Shown: piece after piece, positions 1 to 12,616 of the stretch
How positions within the stretch are numbered: the stretch's first letter is position 1
Layout of the letters: each line of letters starts with the position of its first letter
Origin: Octopus vulgaris
Lineage: Eukaryota
DNA length: 64,000 nucleotides
Direction of reading: 5' to 3'
Assembly (NCBI GenBank): GCA_951406725.2
Contig: OX597815.1
Coordinates: forward strand, 159,836,001 to 159,900,000
Notes under the pieces: generated by a model
Databases searched by the model: none
What the model saw: only the letters and a program-made list of their open reading frames with translations
What the model was told of the DNA's origin: nothing
Translations under genes and position numbers: made by a program

Positions 1-75
1 AGTTGGTATTAAGAAGGGCATCCAACCATAGAAATCATGCCAAAGTAAACTCTAGAGATTGGTGCAGTCCCCAAT
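1..75 (+). mobile_element. Fragment of RTE-derived non-autonomous retroelement (family D)
   Basis: GTTGGTATTAAGAAGGGCATCCAACCATAGAAA matches the motif gttggygttaggaagggcatccagc, which recurs more than ten times in the window. Confidence 0.6.
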
Positions 76-122
76 ATACAAATTCTCATTGCTTCTTGAG
101 ATCTCTTCAATATTAGTTGACT

Positions 123-146
123 CTGTCTGTCTGTCTCTCTCTCTCC

Positions 147-199
<53 letters not shown>

Positions 200-335
200 T
201 ATGAAAGAATGGATGTGAATTTGCTACCCAGGTATCAGTTAACCGAATTATCCATAACAAGATAATTCATTCAACTACTCAAATATATATATATATATAC
301 ACACACACATACATACATGTATGTATATATATATA
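123..335. repeat. (CTGT)/(CT)/(TA)/(CA) microsatellites
   Basis: Simple repeats directly visible. Confidence 0.95.
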
Positions 336-337
336 CA

Positions 338-502
338 ACTGGCTTCCACACAGATTCCATGTATCAATTCGCTCACAAGACATTGGTCTCCCTGGTGCTA
401 TAGTCAAAGACACTTGTCCAAGGTGCTGTGCAGTAAGTTTGAACCTGAAACCATGTAGTTCCAAAGTGAGCTTCTTAATCGCACAGCCATGTCTGCACCT
501 AT
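338..502 (-). mobile_element. CORE-type tRNA-derived SINE, 5' part (family B)
   Basis: Reverse complement resembles ggctgtgtggtaagaagcttgcttcc...ggttcagtcc...accttgggcaagtgtcttctactatagc (tRNA head plus MIR-like CORE). Confidence 0.75.
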
Positions 503-1295
503 GATAAAAAGAAATGTGGAATGCTTCACAAAATTGCTTGTCATCCTTGTACAGGGGACTACCTAATCTTTTAATATAAAAACAAAAACAAAAAGAAAAA
601 ACAGAAAGGATCAATATCATAATTCTTTAATTTAGAAAATTGTTTGAAACAAAAATATCAAACTTTTATATGTCTCCATATTCTTTAAAAATTACATCAC
701 CCATGTCTTAGCTGAATGCTTAACTAAATTAACATGATCAAAAGAACTTTTGTTTAAGCTTTGAGGAAAAACTAGTTTTGATATCAGAACCCTCTGAAAA
801 TAAGAGACATCGGTGAAACAGATCATGCTGGGATTTGCAGCTTCAATGAGGCACCAAAATAATTCCATGTTTACTAGAAATACATCACAGTTGTTACACA
901 GGTTTCTTGTGTGCGTGTGTGTCCCACCTTGAAAAAAATTACACAATTATAAAATTTAAGCTAATATGTAACCACAAATGTAAATTTCTTTTTGCAAGAA
1001 TTCTAGAAAAGCAATAAAAAGAAATCCTAACTAGAAGTTGGATTTATTTATTTATTTATTTATTTATTTACTATTTGTATTCTGATTTGTCCTTTACGGT
1101 TAGTTTTATTTTTAAGGAAATAATCAAAATCATAGCAAATTCTTTTAAAGCAAAGCAAACTACAACAATAATAACAATAATAATAATAAGGATAAATTGA
1201 AAAAATGGCTTCTTCTTTACCTTACTGTATTTCTTTCTCTTTTTTTTGTCAAGTGTGGGGGTGCTTAGTAGTTCAGAAATGTAGAATTTGTTTTG

Positions 1296-1297
<2 letters not shown>

Positions 1298-1389
<92 letters not shown>
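1298..1389. repeat. (CT)n/(CTGT)n/(CTAT)n microsatellite
   Basis: Directly visible. Confidence 0.95.
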
Positions 1390-1584
1390 ACTGTCTCCCT
1401 TTTTTCCAAAATTTCGTGATAATGTCTGCCTACTGGCTAAACATGCTGCTAAATTACTTCAATGGTGAACTTTCAGTTTGAAGTGACTTAATTTCATTAA
1501 TAAAATTTGGAAAAAGGAAAGGAAAAAAAAACGTGGGTAAGGAGAAAAGTAGGAAAATTTCATGGTAATTTGTCTGTAAATCAA

Positions 1585-2030
1585 TTACCACTACCCTGAA
1601 TGCCACCATCATAGCAATCATCAGCATCTTCATAAGCATCTACTTTTTCATCTTTATCATCATCGCAGCCGTCACTACCACAATGATGACCACCACCACT
1701 AACATCAGCATCCCCACCACTACCACAACAACAATGACTATCATCTCTAACTTCAACCTTCCCCACATCATCATTGTCATCACCAACACCAACCCCACCA
1801 CTAACTTCATCATCACCACCATCATCATCATCATTGTCACCATAACCGCTACCACCACTACCACCATCTCCGGCACCACCACTAGCTTCATCATCATCAT
1901 TATTATCATCATCACTATCTACACCATCATCCTCTCCACCACCACTAACTCTCTCCTCATCATCATCACCACCACTGCTAACTACATCATCATCTTCCTC
2001 CTCCAAATCATCATCATTATCATCGTTATA
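1585..2030. repeat. Degenerate (CAT/CAC/CAA)n trinucleotide tract
   Basis: About 450 nt of mixed CAT/CAC triplets; it produces spurious low-complexity ORFs on both strands. Confidence 0.9.
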
Positions 2031-2465
2031 ATTCTATAATGACACAGGTTAGATTATAAATGATCTCTAATTGTCATGTTTGTGCATTATTTCTTTTGCA
2101 AGGCTCAATATTCCCAGATCTGTCTTCACTGTTTTTTGCCATGCTATTCACTTGTCAATCTATCATCAGTATCACGCTGTAGGTGCCTTATATTGTCAGT
2201 ACAGAGTTATATTCCATTCAGTAGGTGTTATCCATCCATTCATATTATATGTTTGTATGAGCCAATAGATGATACCTTTACATTGTCTTCCGAGCAGCTA
2301 GCAATGGCAGCTAAATCTTCTTCACATCATATGTTGTCATCTTAAAAAAGGAAGAATATGTTTGTGGACAATGTAGTATTAAAATATATAAAAATGCAGG
2401 ATGGTCACTACTAGAATTATTGTTATCATTGCTATCACCATTTAACATCTGTGTTTCATGCCTTT

Positions 2466-2810
2466 GAAAGTGCATGGCTCAGTGGTCAGAGTGTCGGGTT
2501 CACAATCATGAGGTAGCGGGTTTGATTCCCAGACCGGGCTGTGTGTTGTGTTCTTGAGTAAGACACATTATTTCACGTGACTCCAGTTCACTCAGATGTA
2601 GAAATGTGTTGCAACATCACTGGTGCCAAACTGTATCAGTCTTTGCCTTTCCCTTGGATAACATTGGTGGCATGAAGAGAGGAGGCCGGTATGCATGGGT
2701 AACTGCTGGTCTTCCATAAACAACTTTGCCTGGACTTGCACTGCAGAAGGGAACTTTCTACGTGCAATCCCATGGTCATTCATGAATGACCAAAGAATTC
2801 TTTATCCTTT
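2466..2810 (+). mobile_element. tRNA-derived SINE with V-domain-like core (family C2)
   Basis: A box TGGCTCAGTGG, B box GTTTGATTCC, core gtgttcttgagtaagacac...cactcagatgtagaaatg; near-identical copies at 47368 and 56153. Confidence 0.85.
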
Positions 2811-3303
2811 ACCCTTCATGCTGGTGTAGTTTGGATGGTTTGACAGGATCCAATGAGTCCAAGGACAGCATCATGCTTCAGTGTCTGCTTTGGAATGGTT
2901 TCTCCAGCTGGACACCCTTCCTAATGCCATTTCCACTTTATAGTGGGTACTGGGTGCTTTCCTCATGCCATCTGCACTATTGAGGTCACCATGCAACTTC
3001 CTCTGAGAAAGTGGGGGAATCAGCTTCTAAGAGGAGGATGGAGGGGGTTAAATTCTGAGGTGGGTAGGGGCTTGACAGCAGATTCTAGTAGAAGATCTGC
3101 ATGACTACATACATTTAGTTGGAGAAGGGAAGAGAGAGAAAATAGAAAAATGATTGGTAGGAGCTGCCAAGAGATACATAGGGGCAAGTTTGAACAAAGG
3201 CTAACCCAAGACTTAATAACCAAAACAACTTGTTCTTGCCAAAGAGTCAATGCTCAACCCATTTCTTCTTCAGGCTATCTGTCTGTCACTCTCTCTCTCT
3301 CTT

Positions 3304-3337
<34 letters not shown>

Positions 3338-3623
3338 TCTCTCATATCCCACTTTTATGCAAGGTAGGATATGTTGCACTTCAAGACGATAATACTTCCC
3401 ACCTTCCTGTTCTAGCTTCTGTAAAATCTTCCCTTTTATTGTCCAAAGTCCTTTACTATTCAGAGTGATGTTCCTTCCTTATCCTGCTCTTTACATGGAA
3501 AGAGAGATAGATAGAGAGAGAGAAAGAGAGAGAGTGAAACTCTTCAATCCCCATTGTGATACCATTTCCCTAAATTTCTTCTGTACCTTTCTTGCACTGA
3601 TTAATACATTACCACTATAATCG

Positions 3624-3801
3624 TTATAGTGAAAAACCAACAGAATGTGGTGGTCCTATAAAGGATGATGTTACTGTTATTTAAGCCCCAGACTGTGTGT
3701 TAATAACCAGCTAGAAAAGATGTTTTCCTGGGGCTTAAACAACAGTAACATCGTCCTTTATAGGACTGCCACATTATGTTGGCAAATAAACTTTACTATA
3801 A
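3624..3801. mobile_element. Palindromic MITE (foldback hairpin)
   Basis: 55-bp near-perfect inverted arms at 3637-3691 and 3728-3782, 36-nt loop, outer ends TTATAGTGAA and TTTACTATAA. Confidence 0.8.
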
Positions 3802-6043
3802 TCATTTCCAGTATTAAACACCATCATCATCATAATCATCATCATGGGTCAGCCTGTTAGACTGTCAAAGGACTACATCTTGCTCCAGTATCCCAGTATT
3901 GGCATAGATTTTATGGCTAGATGTCCTTCCTAACACTAGCAACATTACAGAGTATACTTCTTTTTATTTGTGTGGTACCAAAATTAGTGAGGTTGGCCTG
4001 TAACTCACAACACTAAAATTCTCTTACCTAAGAGAAAAAACAGGAGATAAAATGGCCAATTTATACAAGGTGCTGTGAGGTTAATAAATATTTTTCATAT
4101 TATATCAAGTAGTAATTGATGTGCTCTTGCATAGTTGAAAAATCTGTTGCATTCTCCAGTTTAAAAATTCATTTTATAATTTTACATTTCTAGCTATCTG
4201 AAACTGGAGTAGTTTTTACTTCCCCCCTTTTTTTTTTTTTCACCTGCATGTTAAAACATGTATTTATAGTTGAATTTCTCTGTTATGGCTGCAATAAACA
4301 ATACCAATGAATTCATATGTGTTCCTTCCCCATATACTCAGGCAGAAATTTCATTAAAGTTTATTCATTTTTAATTAAGCTACCCCAATCATTTAATTTT
4401 GACACCTTTAGCTAATATGTGAAATATCAATTTATTTTTATTGCTCCTGAATAAGATTGAAATTGATCGGTTGGCTCTTCAACCAAATATCTTCTTTTCA
4501 TATGAGTAATTGTAGAGATGTGTAATAGTTTTGTAATGAAAATATTTTGTGTTTGTCATAGGCATTAAAGTTTGAATGAAGTCTAATCTTCTTGTCGTAT
4601 GCTTTAAGGTTATGAGATTAACTCCTTTTCATAAGAAGACAATCCTATCACAAAATATGTTTTCATGCCTTAGCTACCATCTTAGACTACCATTCATAAT
4701 ATCATTAAGTTGTCAAGTTATTTCGAGGTTGTACTGAATGTAGAAAACCTCAAGCGGTATTAATCAAAATTATAGTACTGAACCATCCAAAATCTATTGG
4801 AAATGATTGGACTTCAAATATTTCTGGAAAACATAGAATTATTTTGGTATTTCAGTGCAGCAAATTATAATACGATCTGTCTGTCTAATGTCTGGTTCAG
4901 AGAATTCTAATTTCAACTTGTTTTCTCTGTAGTTTATATAAGCATCCTTTGGCCCTGTTAACTGAAATGAAACATTAATTTAAGGCTTGTTTGAATAGAG
5001 TTTTGAAGAATATGAGAATATTAAATTTGGATAAGCAATTTTATCAAGTGACTCTCAAAGTATAGGAGAATGGTGTTGAATTCATGTTTATCAATTTTTA
5101 TTTTATCTCTTTTTTTTTATTAGCCTGATACTCTTTATAATGATTCCTGAATCTTTCATAGCAGTCATGCCAGTATTTTATTTATGGTTGACCGGTTAAG
5201 AAATTTGCTTCTCAACCATGTTTCATGTTCAGTCCCTCTACAGAGCACCTTGGGAATGTATCTTCTACCTACAATAGCCTTGGGCTAACTGATGCTTTTT
5301 GAGTGAATTTGATATGCGAAAACTGTAAAAAGGCCATCGTGTGTGTGTGTCTGTGAATACTAACATCCTATATGCTTTGCAGGAAAAACCACTTAACTAG
5401 AAGCAGTGCAGTTTGTTAACACTTCTCTTCTTACAAATTATCTGCTAGCTTTATGCTTTCAGAGATATAGGAAAAAAGAGATACCTTACTTGAAAAAGAG
5501 GCAAGGGTTAATGACAGGAAAGATATTTAGATGTAAAACAATGCATCAATAATATATATATATATTTATCTATCCCATCATCAATTGATTGAGTGACTTT
5601 CCCAGATCAGTACAACTCCTCCACACCTGATGTCCTGATCAAGTGATATGGCATAAATGTTTGGCTTGGGTTTTAGTCACACTGGTCTTTTGTTAACTAA
5701 AATATCTCATCAGCATACACCACAACTACAGACGATTGATGTAGTTCACTAACTGATCTGGTTGATTCTGGTCATTGACAGTTTGTTGTCTATCCATCCA
5801 TTCAGAATCTTGTGATATTAGCTATTGATTCAATAAGTTCATTTACCAAAATAGTTCACAACCACCCCATGATTTCAGTGTGCCCTGATTGGCTGGTTAC
5901 ATACTATTTAACCCACAGCTAGGACCTTACAGATGCTACTACTCTGACCAGAGTACACCTGGAAACAATAGCATCTAAGAGGTAGTTCCAGACTCTTCAA
6001 AGCCCTGGAATTCACAAACAAGGACCCCACTACCAGATTTACT

Positions 6044-6271
6044 TTAACCCTTTAGCATTTAATCCAGCCATATCCAGCCCAAATATTCTACCTGTTTTAT
6101 GTTTAAAATGACCAGACCCAACCTCTCATAACTACACTACATTGTCATTCTAAAAATATACTAACACAACACTGAAATCTCAAAGCTACAAGGTATTTCA
6201 TGATTAATTCAAAGCAATATGAATGAATAAGCAATACATTTGACAGAGAAATCTGAATGCTAAAGAGTTAA
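6044..6271 (+). mobile_element. piggyBac-type (TTAA) MITE
   Basis: TTAA-CCCTTTAGCATT...AATGCTAAAGAG-TTAA; about 225-bp family with at least 8 copies in the window. Confidence 0.85.
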
Positions 6272-6853
6272 AGGTATACACAGAAGAGCCATGGTAGCTT
6301 TGAAAAATGGATGTAAAAGTATGTGTGGCTACTTTATGCAAAGACTGGATTACAGCTGTAAAAGGTTAATGTTTGTGAATAAATTCTCTTCGAGTGGTGT
6401 CGTAGGTTGTATAAGGGATGCATTATTTTAAATGTATGCTTCATTCTCTGTTAGGGAAATCAATTATCCTCTGTAAAATCTTTTTTTTTTACTGTCTTGG
6501 TCATTATATTGCGGCCATGCTAGAGCACCACCTTGAAGGATTTTAGTTGGGGATTTCAGTATGACGTGTATTTATAGTGAGTGTATAATGATATGTGGAA
6601 ATTGACGATTTAAAGTCTGTTATCAGCATATTGGCACGGACATAATTTTTCTTTTGCCCTTGTTTTATAAGTTGTTTATAATTTTAACCTTTAAAGGTAT
6701 TTTAATATGCTGCCACTTTTTGTTGAAGTTTTCTTCTGAACAAAATTTCATCCTATATTTGTATATATATATAGTCAATTCAGATGAAAAAGCATAAATG
6801 AGAATGTGCACAGGAAATGTATTAGCTTGATGCTCATTGAAAGGCAAGAGTTC

Positions 6854-6880
6854 GACATTTTGAGCATAGCTCTTCACTGG
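6854..6880 (-). ncRNA. Decayed minimal hammerhead ribozyme in a Penelope-like pLTR fragment
   Basis: Minus strand reads CCAGTGAA-GAGC-TAT-GCTC-AAAATGTC: stem II intact, catalytic core mutated. The flank resembles the 30730-30935 element. Confidence 0.5.
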
Positions 6881-7577
6881 AAGGAGAAAAAGAAAAGTCC
6901 AAAGATGGAGAAGAAATCACCAATGGCACACCTGCAGTTACATTGCTACACATTACATACATGCACCATCGAAACACATAAATTAGAAGAGCTCTGCATT
7001 CACTGAATGCATTATTTGTGAACTGAACTAGCAATTCTTAACACTGAAATAAAGAACTTTCTTTTATATCTACATCTTTTCTTGCGAGAGAGGTCTCAAT
7101 CAATTGCTAGAGGCATACTGTATACTCTTTGCCATCATTACCATACTTCTGGACAATATAAAAGAATTGTAAAACTTGTTTAGATTTATAAGGCTTCACA
7201 TTTTCATCTTTTGTGTGCTGAGCTTACTGTTATTTACAGTTAGTGATTTAGGGAAACAGATAGCAGAAAAATGCAAAAAAAAAAAAAAATAGTGAGAGAG
7301 TACAAAAACTATCAAGCCTATGGATTCATCATTGGTGTCATCATCATTGACATCATCATTATGCTTTTTAATATTCCCTTTTCCATGCTTGCATGGGTTG
7401 GACAGAATTTGTTGAGGCAGATTTTCTACATATGGATGCCCTACCTGTCACCAACCCTCACCTGTTTGCAAATGAAGTAATATTTCCTGCTGACCATGGA
7501 AGATTGAAAACAGGCACTCCTCGCATGATGATGATGTTCATTTACATCTATCACATGAAATGAAGCAACACATCACA

Positions 7578-7633
<56 letters not shown>

Positions 7634-7636
<3 letters not shown>

Positions 7637-7801
7637 ATGGGCTTCTTTCAGTTTCTGTCTACCAGAACCATTCATGCATCTTTGATTGGCCCAGGGATAT
7701 AGTAGAAAACTCTTGCCCAAGATGCTATGTGGTAGGACTGAACCTGAGACCATGTGTTTGGGTAACAAACTTCTTACCGCAAAACTCTATACCTGCACCT
7801 A
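7634..7801 (-). mobile_element. CORE-type SINE, 5' part (family B)
   Basis: Same head and CORE motifs as the other family B copies. Confidence 0.8.
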
Positions 7802-7840
7802 TTTAAGATACATAAATGTTTCTTATTGTTTTTCTATTAG

Positions 7841-7847
7841 ATGTTAT
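7841..7847 (+). CDS. Candidate 7-nt microexon (ATGTTAT)
   Basis: Acceptor tttcttattgtttttctattAG followed after 7 nt by the consensus donor GTAAGT. Confidence 0.3.
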
Positions 7848-8440
7848 GTAAGTTCTAATTTTAGAGTGAAGTGAGCATGGAATAGTTCTACTGATGTCAT
7901 TCAAATCCGGTCTTTGTTGCTCTCAAGGTGTCTGCATTGTCTTTACAATTCAAAATGCTTATTTTATAATCTTAGTTGATAATTTCTTTCTTTCATTTTA
8001 TTCTATGAACTTCTATATTTTAAAGATTTAATTTTACTATTTCTTGGTTTTATGTATTTGTTTTGTAAACACGCGTGAGCATATATATATTTGTGTCCGT
8101 GTGTGTGTGAATGTATGTATGTTTGTAAGTATGTCTGTGCATACATGAATACACATACTTGCACACACATATGTATATAATTGAATCATAAAATCTGGTG
8201 AAATGATAAAAGTTCACGAGTTCGTAGCAAAGGAAAACTATCGAAATATAGACTACATAGAAACACAAACGATGTATTTAGTTGCCTGATCACTCGATGC
8301 TGTTCTATGAAACATCAAATAGCTATCAGAAAAATCATCATCTCTCCTACTCTCCTCCTCCTCCTCTTCATCAATGTTGCCATCATCTTCATCGTGAACA
8401 TCATCTTACATGAATTTATTCATATTCATTTCCTTCATAA

Positions 8441-8458
8441 ATGTCTCCATGGAGACAT
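8441..8458. promoter_or_regulatory. RFX X-box-like perfect palindrome
   Basis: ATGTCTCCATGGAGACAT; the inner 14-mer GTCTCCATGGAGAC fits RYYNYY-N2-RRNRAC. Confidence 0.45.
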
Positions 8459-8535
8459 ATAGCAGCACTACTCCTCAGAAGATATAAACACTTTTGAAAG
8501 TTTATGGAAAATATTTAACGTTTATTTCACAAAGT

Positions 8536-8546
8536 ATGAAGTACAG
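8536..8546 (+). CDS. Coding end of a candidate alternative first exon (M-K-Y-R)
   Basis: agtATG AAG TAC AG|gtagtt, about 80 nt downstream of the X-box; in-frame stop upstream at 8485; the phase-2 end joins exon 15603 in frame. Confidence 0.25.
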
Positions 8547-8719
8547 GTAGTTAGGAAAATAATGTAATTTTCTATTGAATTGCTGTTTGTTTGAGTTCCA
8601 TTCAGGATAAATTCTTTCTTGTGATGCTTCTCTTTATTTCTCCCTTGCACATACATCCTCAAGAAATTATATTTCTTTTATCTTCAAGAAATAGTTTCTT
8701 GAAAAGGTAAATTTGTAGT

Positions 8720-8884
8720 TTACGTGGTTCCGTGGTAAGAAGCTTGCTTCCCAACCACATAGTCCTGGGTTCAGTTCAACTGCATGTCACCTTGGGCAAG
8801 TGTCTCCTTCTATAGCCTCAGGCTGACCAATGGCTTATTAGTGGATTTGGTAGGCAGAAATTGAAAGAACCCCATCGTATGCAT

Positions 8885-8939
<55 letters not shown>

Positions 8940-9220
8940 TGCGTGCGTGCACACACACACACACACACACAGGGTCAGCTAAAAGTCACTTGACAGTAAA
9001 TCAAAACCATTTAATTGCAAGATGTATTTATGTTTAACAATTGAATGAGACTTAGCTAATAAACAGACAAATGTTGAAAAGAATGATGATTTTTAACTCC
9101 CAGCATTCAATTATTAAACATTCATAATTGGTATGAATAAATAAAATTGAATATTAAATATATATGGAATTTTGATTTACTGTTGGGTGACTTTTGGCCA
9201 ACCCTGTATATATATATGTT

Positions 9221-9255
<35 letters not shown>

Positions 9256-9328
9256 ATTTTTATATATATTTATGTGTGTGTATCTTTGTATATATATATA
9301 TATATATATATATACAAAGATATATATA

Positions 9329-9359
<31 letters not shown>

Positions 9360-9590
9360 TTATGTGTGTATCTTTGTGTCTGTGTTTGTCCCCCACCTTA
9401 ATTTGATAACTAGTGTTGGTGTGTTTACATCCCCATAACTTAGCGCTTTGGCAAAAGAGACCAATAGAATATGCACTAGGTTTACAAAGAATAAGTCCTA
9501 GGTCAATCTGTTCGACTAAAACCCTTTAAGGCAGTACTCCAGCATGGCTGCAGTTGAATGACTGAGACAAGTAAAAGAATAAAGGAATAC
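8720..9590 (+). mobile_element. Full-length CORE-type SINE (family B) interrupted by microsatellites and a MITE
   Basis: Head at 8720-8880; 3' body at 9370-9590 (gtgtttgtcccc...cagcatggctgcag...gtaaaagaataaa). Confidence 0.85.
8970..9206. mobile_element. Tc1/mariner-type MITE
   Basis: TIRs CAGGGTCAGCTAAAAGTCAC and GTGACTTTTGGCCAACCCTG, followed by TA. Confidence 0.8.
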
Positions 9591-9599
9591 AGTCGTGCC

Positions 9600-9950
9600 T
9601 GGAAATTAACTCACAGCAGGTAAGTATACATTTCAGTAAAAAGGTTCAAGGCAATGAATATAGCTGTCATGAAGTGTAATTTTTTGAACAGGCTTCTTGA
9701 TGGTGAAAAGAACCCCATAAAAATATATAAAAAGAAGAGGCATGACATCTGGATAGAGATGCAGGACTTGAATATCATGAAACGGAGATTGTGTGACCAA
9801 GTAAGAATGATAAGGAAGAATGGATGGTTAACAGCATTAAAGCTTGGTGAGATTAAGAAGAGAGTGATGAGTGAAGATGAAGTGGTTGCAGAGAATGTTG
9901 ATGAGATTGTCTTAGATAAAGGCGTTCAAGAGAATGATGACTTTTGAAAA
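9600..9950 (+). mobile_element. R4/Dong-like non-LTR retrotransposon N-terminal relic
   Basis: ORF 9654-9947, MNIAVMKCNFL...RRLCDQVRMIRKNGWLTALKLGEIKKRV, resembles the N-terminal QRLxDQxRxIxKNGWL region of R4/Dong ORFs (recognised from memory). Confidence 0.7.
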
Positions 9951-10016
9951 TGTAGTGGGACTGAGTGATGCAGACAGAAGAATGATACTAACAATTCTGC
10001 CAGCTCATTGCCTTAA

Positions 10017-10290
10017 TAATCATCATCGTTTAACATCTGCTTTCCATGCTGGCATGGGTTGGATGATTTGACTGAGGACTGGTGAACCAGATGGCTGCAC
10101 CAGGTTCCAATCTGATGTAGCAGAGTTTCTACAGCTGGATGCCCTTCCTAACGCCTACCACTCTGAGAGTGTAGTGAGTGCTTTTACATGCCACCGGCAT
10201 AAGGGCCAGTCAGGCGGTACTGGCAGCGGGCATGCTCAAATGCTGTTTTTTTACGTGCCACCTGCACAGGAGCCAGTCAAGCAGCACTAA
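10017..10290 (-). mobile_element. RTE-derived non-autonomous element (family D)
   Basis: (CAT)n tail, tttccatgctggcatgggttgg, ggatgcccttcctaacgcc and the gcttttacatgccacc repeats. Confidence 0.85.
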
Positions 10291-10495
10291 TAATGATAAT
10301 CCTTTCTACTATAGGCACAAGGCTTGAACTTTTGGGGGAGAGGATCAGTTAATTAAATCGACCCCAGTATGCAACTGGTACTTAATTTGTCAACCTCAAA
10401 AGGATGAAAAGCAAAGTCGACCTTGGCAGAATTTCGACTCACTATGTAGTGACAAATAATGATTAAAAGTCACCATGTCTGTTTGTTTTATTTAG

Positions 10496-10714
10496 GACTT
10501 TCAATTATCACTTTCGTTTATTGGACACTGAAAGAAATTGGATAACCCTTTGTGTTGAATAATCTTGAAAGAAATATTAGCCTAGTGAGGAGTTCAGGTT
10601 GTTGTCTGCAAATCTTAATAAATGGCTAGTCAAAGAAAGATGAGATTCAAAGAATGTTGAAGCTGTAGCTGATGTGGCATTCAAATTCAAAGTATTGATT
10701 TTGATATACTGTAG
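10496..10714 (+). other. Candidate non-coding or stop-containing cassette exon (219 nt)
   Basis: Acceptor gtttgttttatttAG, donor TAG|gtaaaa, non-repetitive sequence, stops in all three frames. Confidence 0.25.
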
Positions 10715-11146
10715 GTAAAAATAACCGAGATTATATTTACTGTGCAAGTCCCACTTTGCTTTTCTTAGTAGTTACAATAACAAGATTACTTGAAAGAAAA
10801 AGCCGACAAAAAAAGCATAGATATAAGTTCTTGCATGTTTCACTTATTCAGTCTTGTTGATAGCTAAAGTTTTCTTTTTAACAAAAAGAAAAAGAAAATC
10901 AAAGCAGAAAGGGAAAGAAAGAAAAATTCTTCTCTGAAAGTAATTTATCAACAATAGCAAAATTGAAATAATGAAAAGGAGCAAAAAATATTAAGCTAAC
11001 AAAGTGAAGATATATTCTTTCAAAACTGAACTTCATTATCCATTTTCTTGGTGCTCTCTCTCTCTCTCTCTCCCTCTCTCTCTCTCACTTGATACATACA
11101 TACATCTATATATGTAATTATATGCACAAATATGTATATGTGTGTG

Positions 11147-11225
<79 letters not shown>

Positions 11226-12575
11226 TCATACATACACATGCATGTATATGCATTGATGTCACATTTGTACATAAATTCTTGCACATAATAGATACACACA
11301 CAGAAGTCCTCATATATGCACATACACAAATACATGTAAATACACACATATACACACACACACACCATACAGTCGTTTTTTTTTTTTGGTTGATATCTTT
11401 TTGTTATTTTTTTCTCTCTCCCTCTACTGTCCATTTCCTTCCAATAAACTCTTGTGAAGTTACCATTATATTTTCCAATCTGTCCACTTCACCATCACAA
11501 CCTTCCTCATTCTCTTAGTTGTTTCCATAGATAAGTAAATATATATAAATAGATGCACAAACTACAGCCAACCTCGTGAAATTTTGTTTGATAAGAAAAA
11601 TGAAAACAATATTTTTGGTGTTTTGTTTACAGTTACCATAATTCTTTATGGCTCTGTTCATCCCAAAATATTTAAATTAAATCCCACAGCAGTTGACTGT
11701 TAAAATTTTATATAATTTTCTCTTTCTCTTGCAATTTTGGTTTTTCTCATTTTTATTTATTTGCTATTATTATTTGCTTTGTTTCTATTCATTTCTTAGA
11801 AATCATTTGATTTTTGTGTTTTCATTGAGTAAGCATCATGTGTATATGTGTGTGTTTGTGTGTATGTGTGTGTGTGTGTTTGAAATTTATTTATTTATGT
11901 ATGTAAAATCTTTGTTGTATGGTATTTAAAAAGAAATAGTTTGCATGAAAGATATTTATATTCTTGTATAGATTATGTATTTGTACATGTGTGAGTGCAT
12001 GTGCATAAAAATGTGTGCATGTGTGTGTGTATAGAGAGAGAGCGAGAGAGATGTACACACACACATGATTATACACATGTATATATAAGCCTGTAAATGT
12101 GTGTATCTGTACCACGGTCAATAACTATGTATGCATATAAACATATATTAACGTGCTCAACTAAATATATTCAAAAATTAATGCTGAATAGCAAAATACT
12201 TATTTGACTAGCTATAGATATTTAATCTTATAAGTATGTATATACTGTATAACATATCATAGATAAGTATAAATATATATTTCTATATATATATGCAAAT
12301 ATGTATGGGTTTGTGTGTGTGTAAGTATGTGTATACCAAATCCACTCACAAGGCTTTGGTTGGCATGAGGCTATAGCAAAAGACACTTGCCCTAGGTGCT
12401 ACGCAGTGGGACTGAACCGAGAACCATGTGGTTGGGAAGCAAGCTTCCTACCGCACAGCCATACCTATATAATATTTATTTAAAGCACAAGCTTTTTACT
12501 GAGACTGCTGAATTTTCATCAATGTTATTTTTTTCTGGAAGCTAACCAAAATGTAACTGGTCTCCTGTGTATTGT

Positions 12576-12616
<41 letters not shown>

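Noticed and set aside
1581-2039. Asp/Gly-rich, Val/Met-rich and Thr/Ile-rich ORFs of 91-141 aa
   Set aside because: All are translations of one degenerate CAT/CAC trinucleotide tract and have no supporting splice signals.
8689-8706. 18-nt AG...GTAAAT microexon-like segment within the hairpin TTCAAGAAA-TAG-TTTCTTGAA
   Set aside because: Weaker splice sites, stops in two frames and adjacent to a SINE head; not distinguishable from chance.
9612-9625. Perfect donor CAG|GTAAGT (also on the minus strand at 30606-30614)
   Set aside because: Both lie in the same R4/Dong-like sequence and have no matching acceptor.
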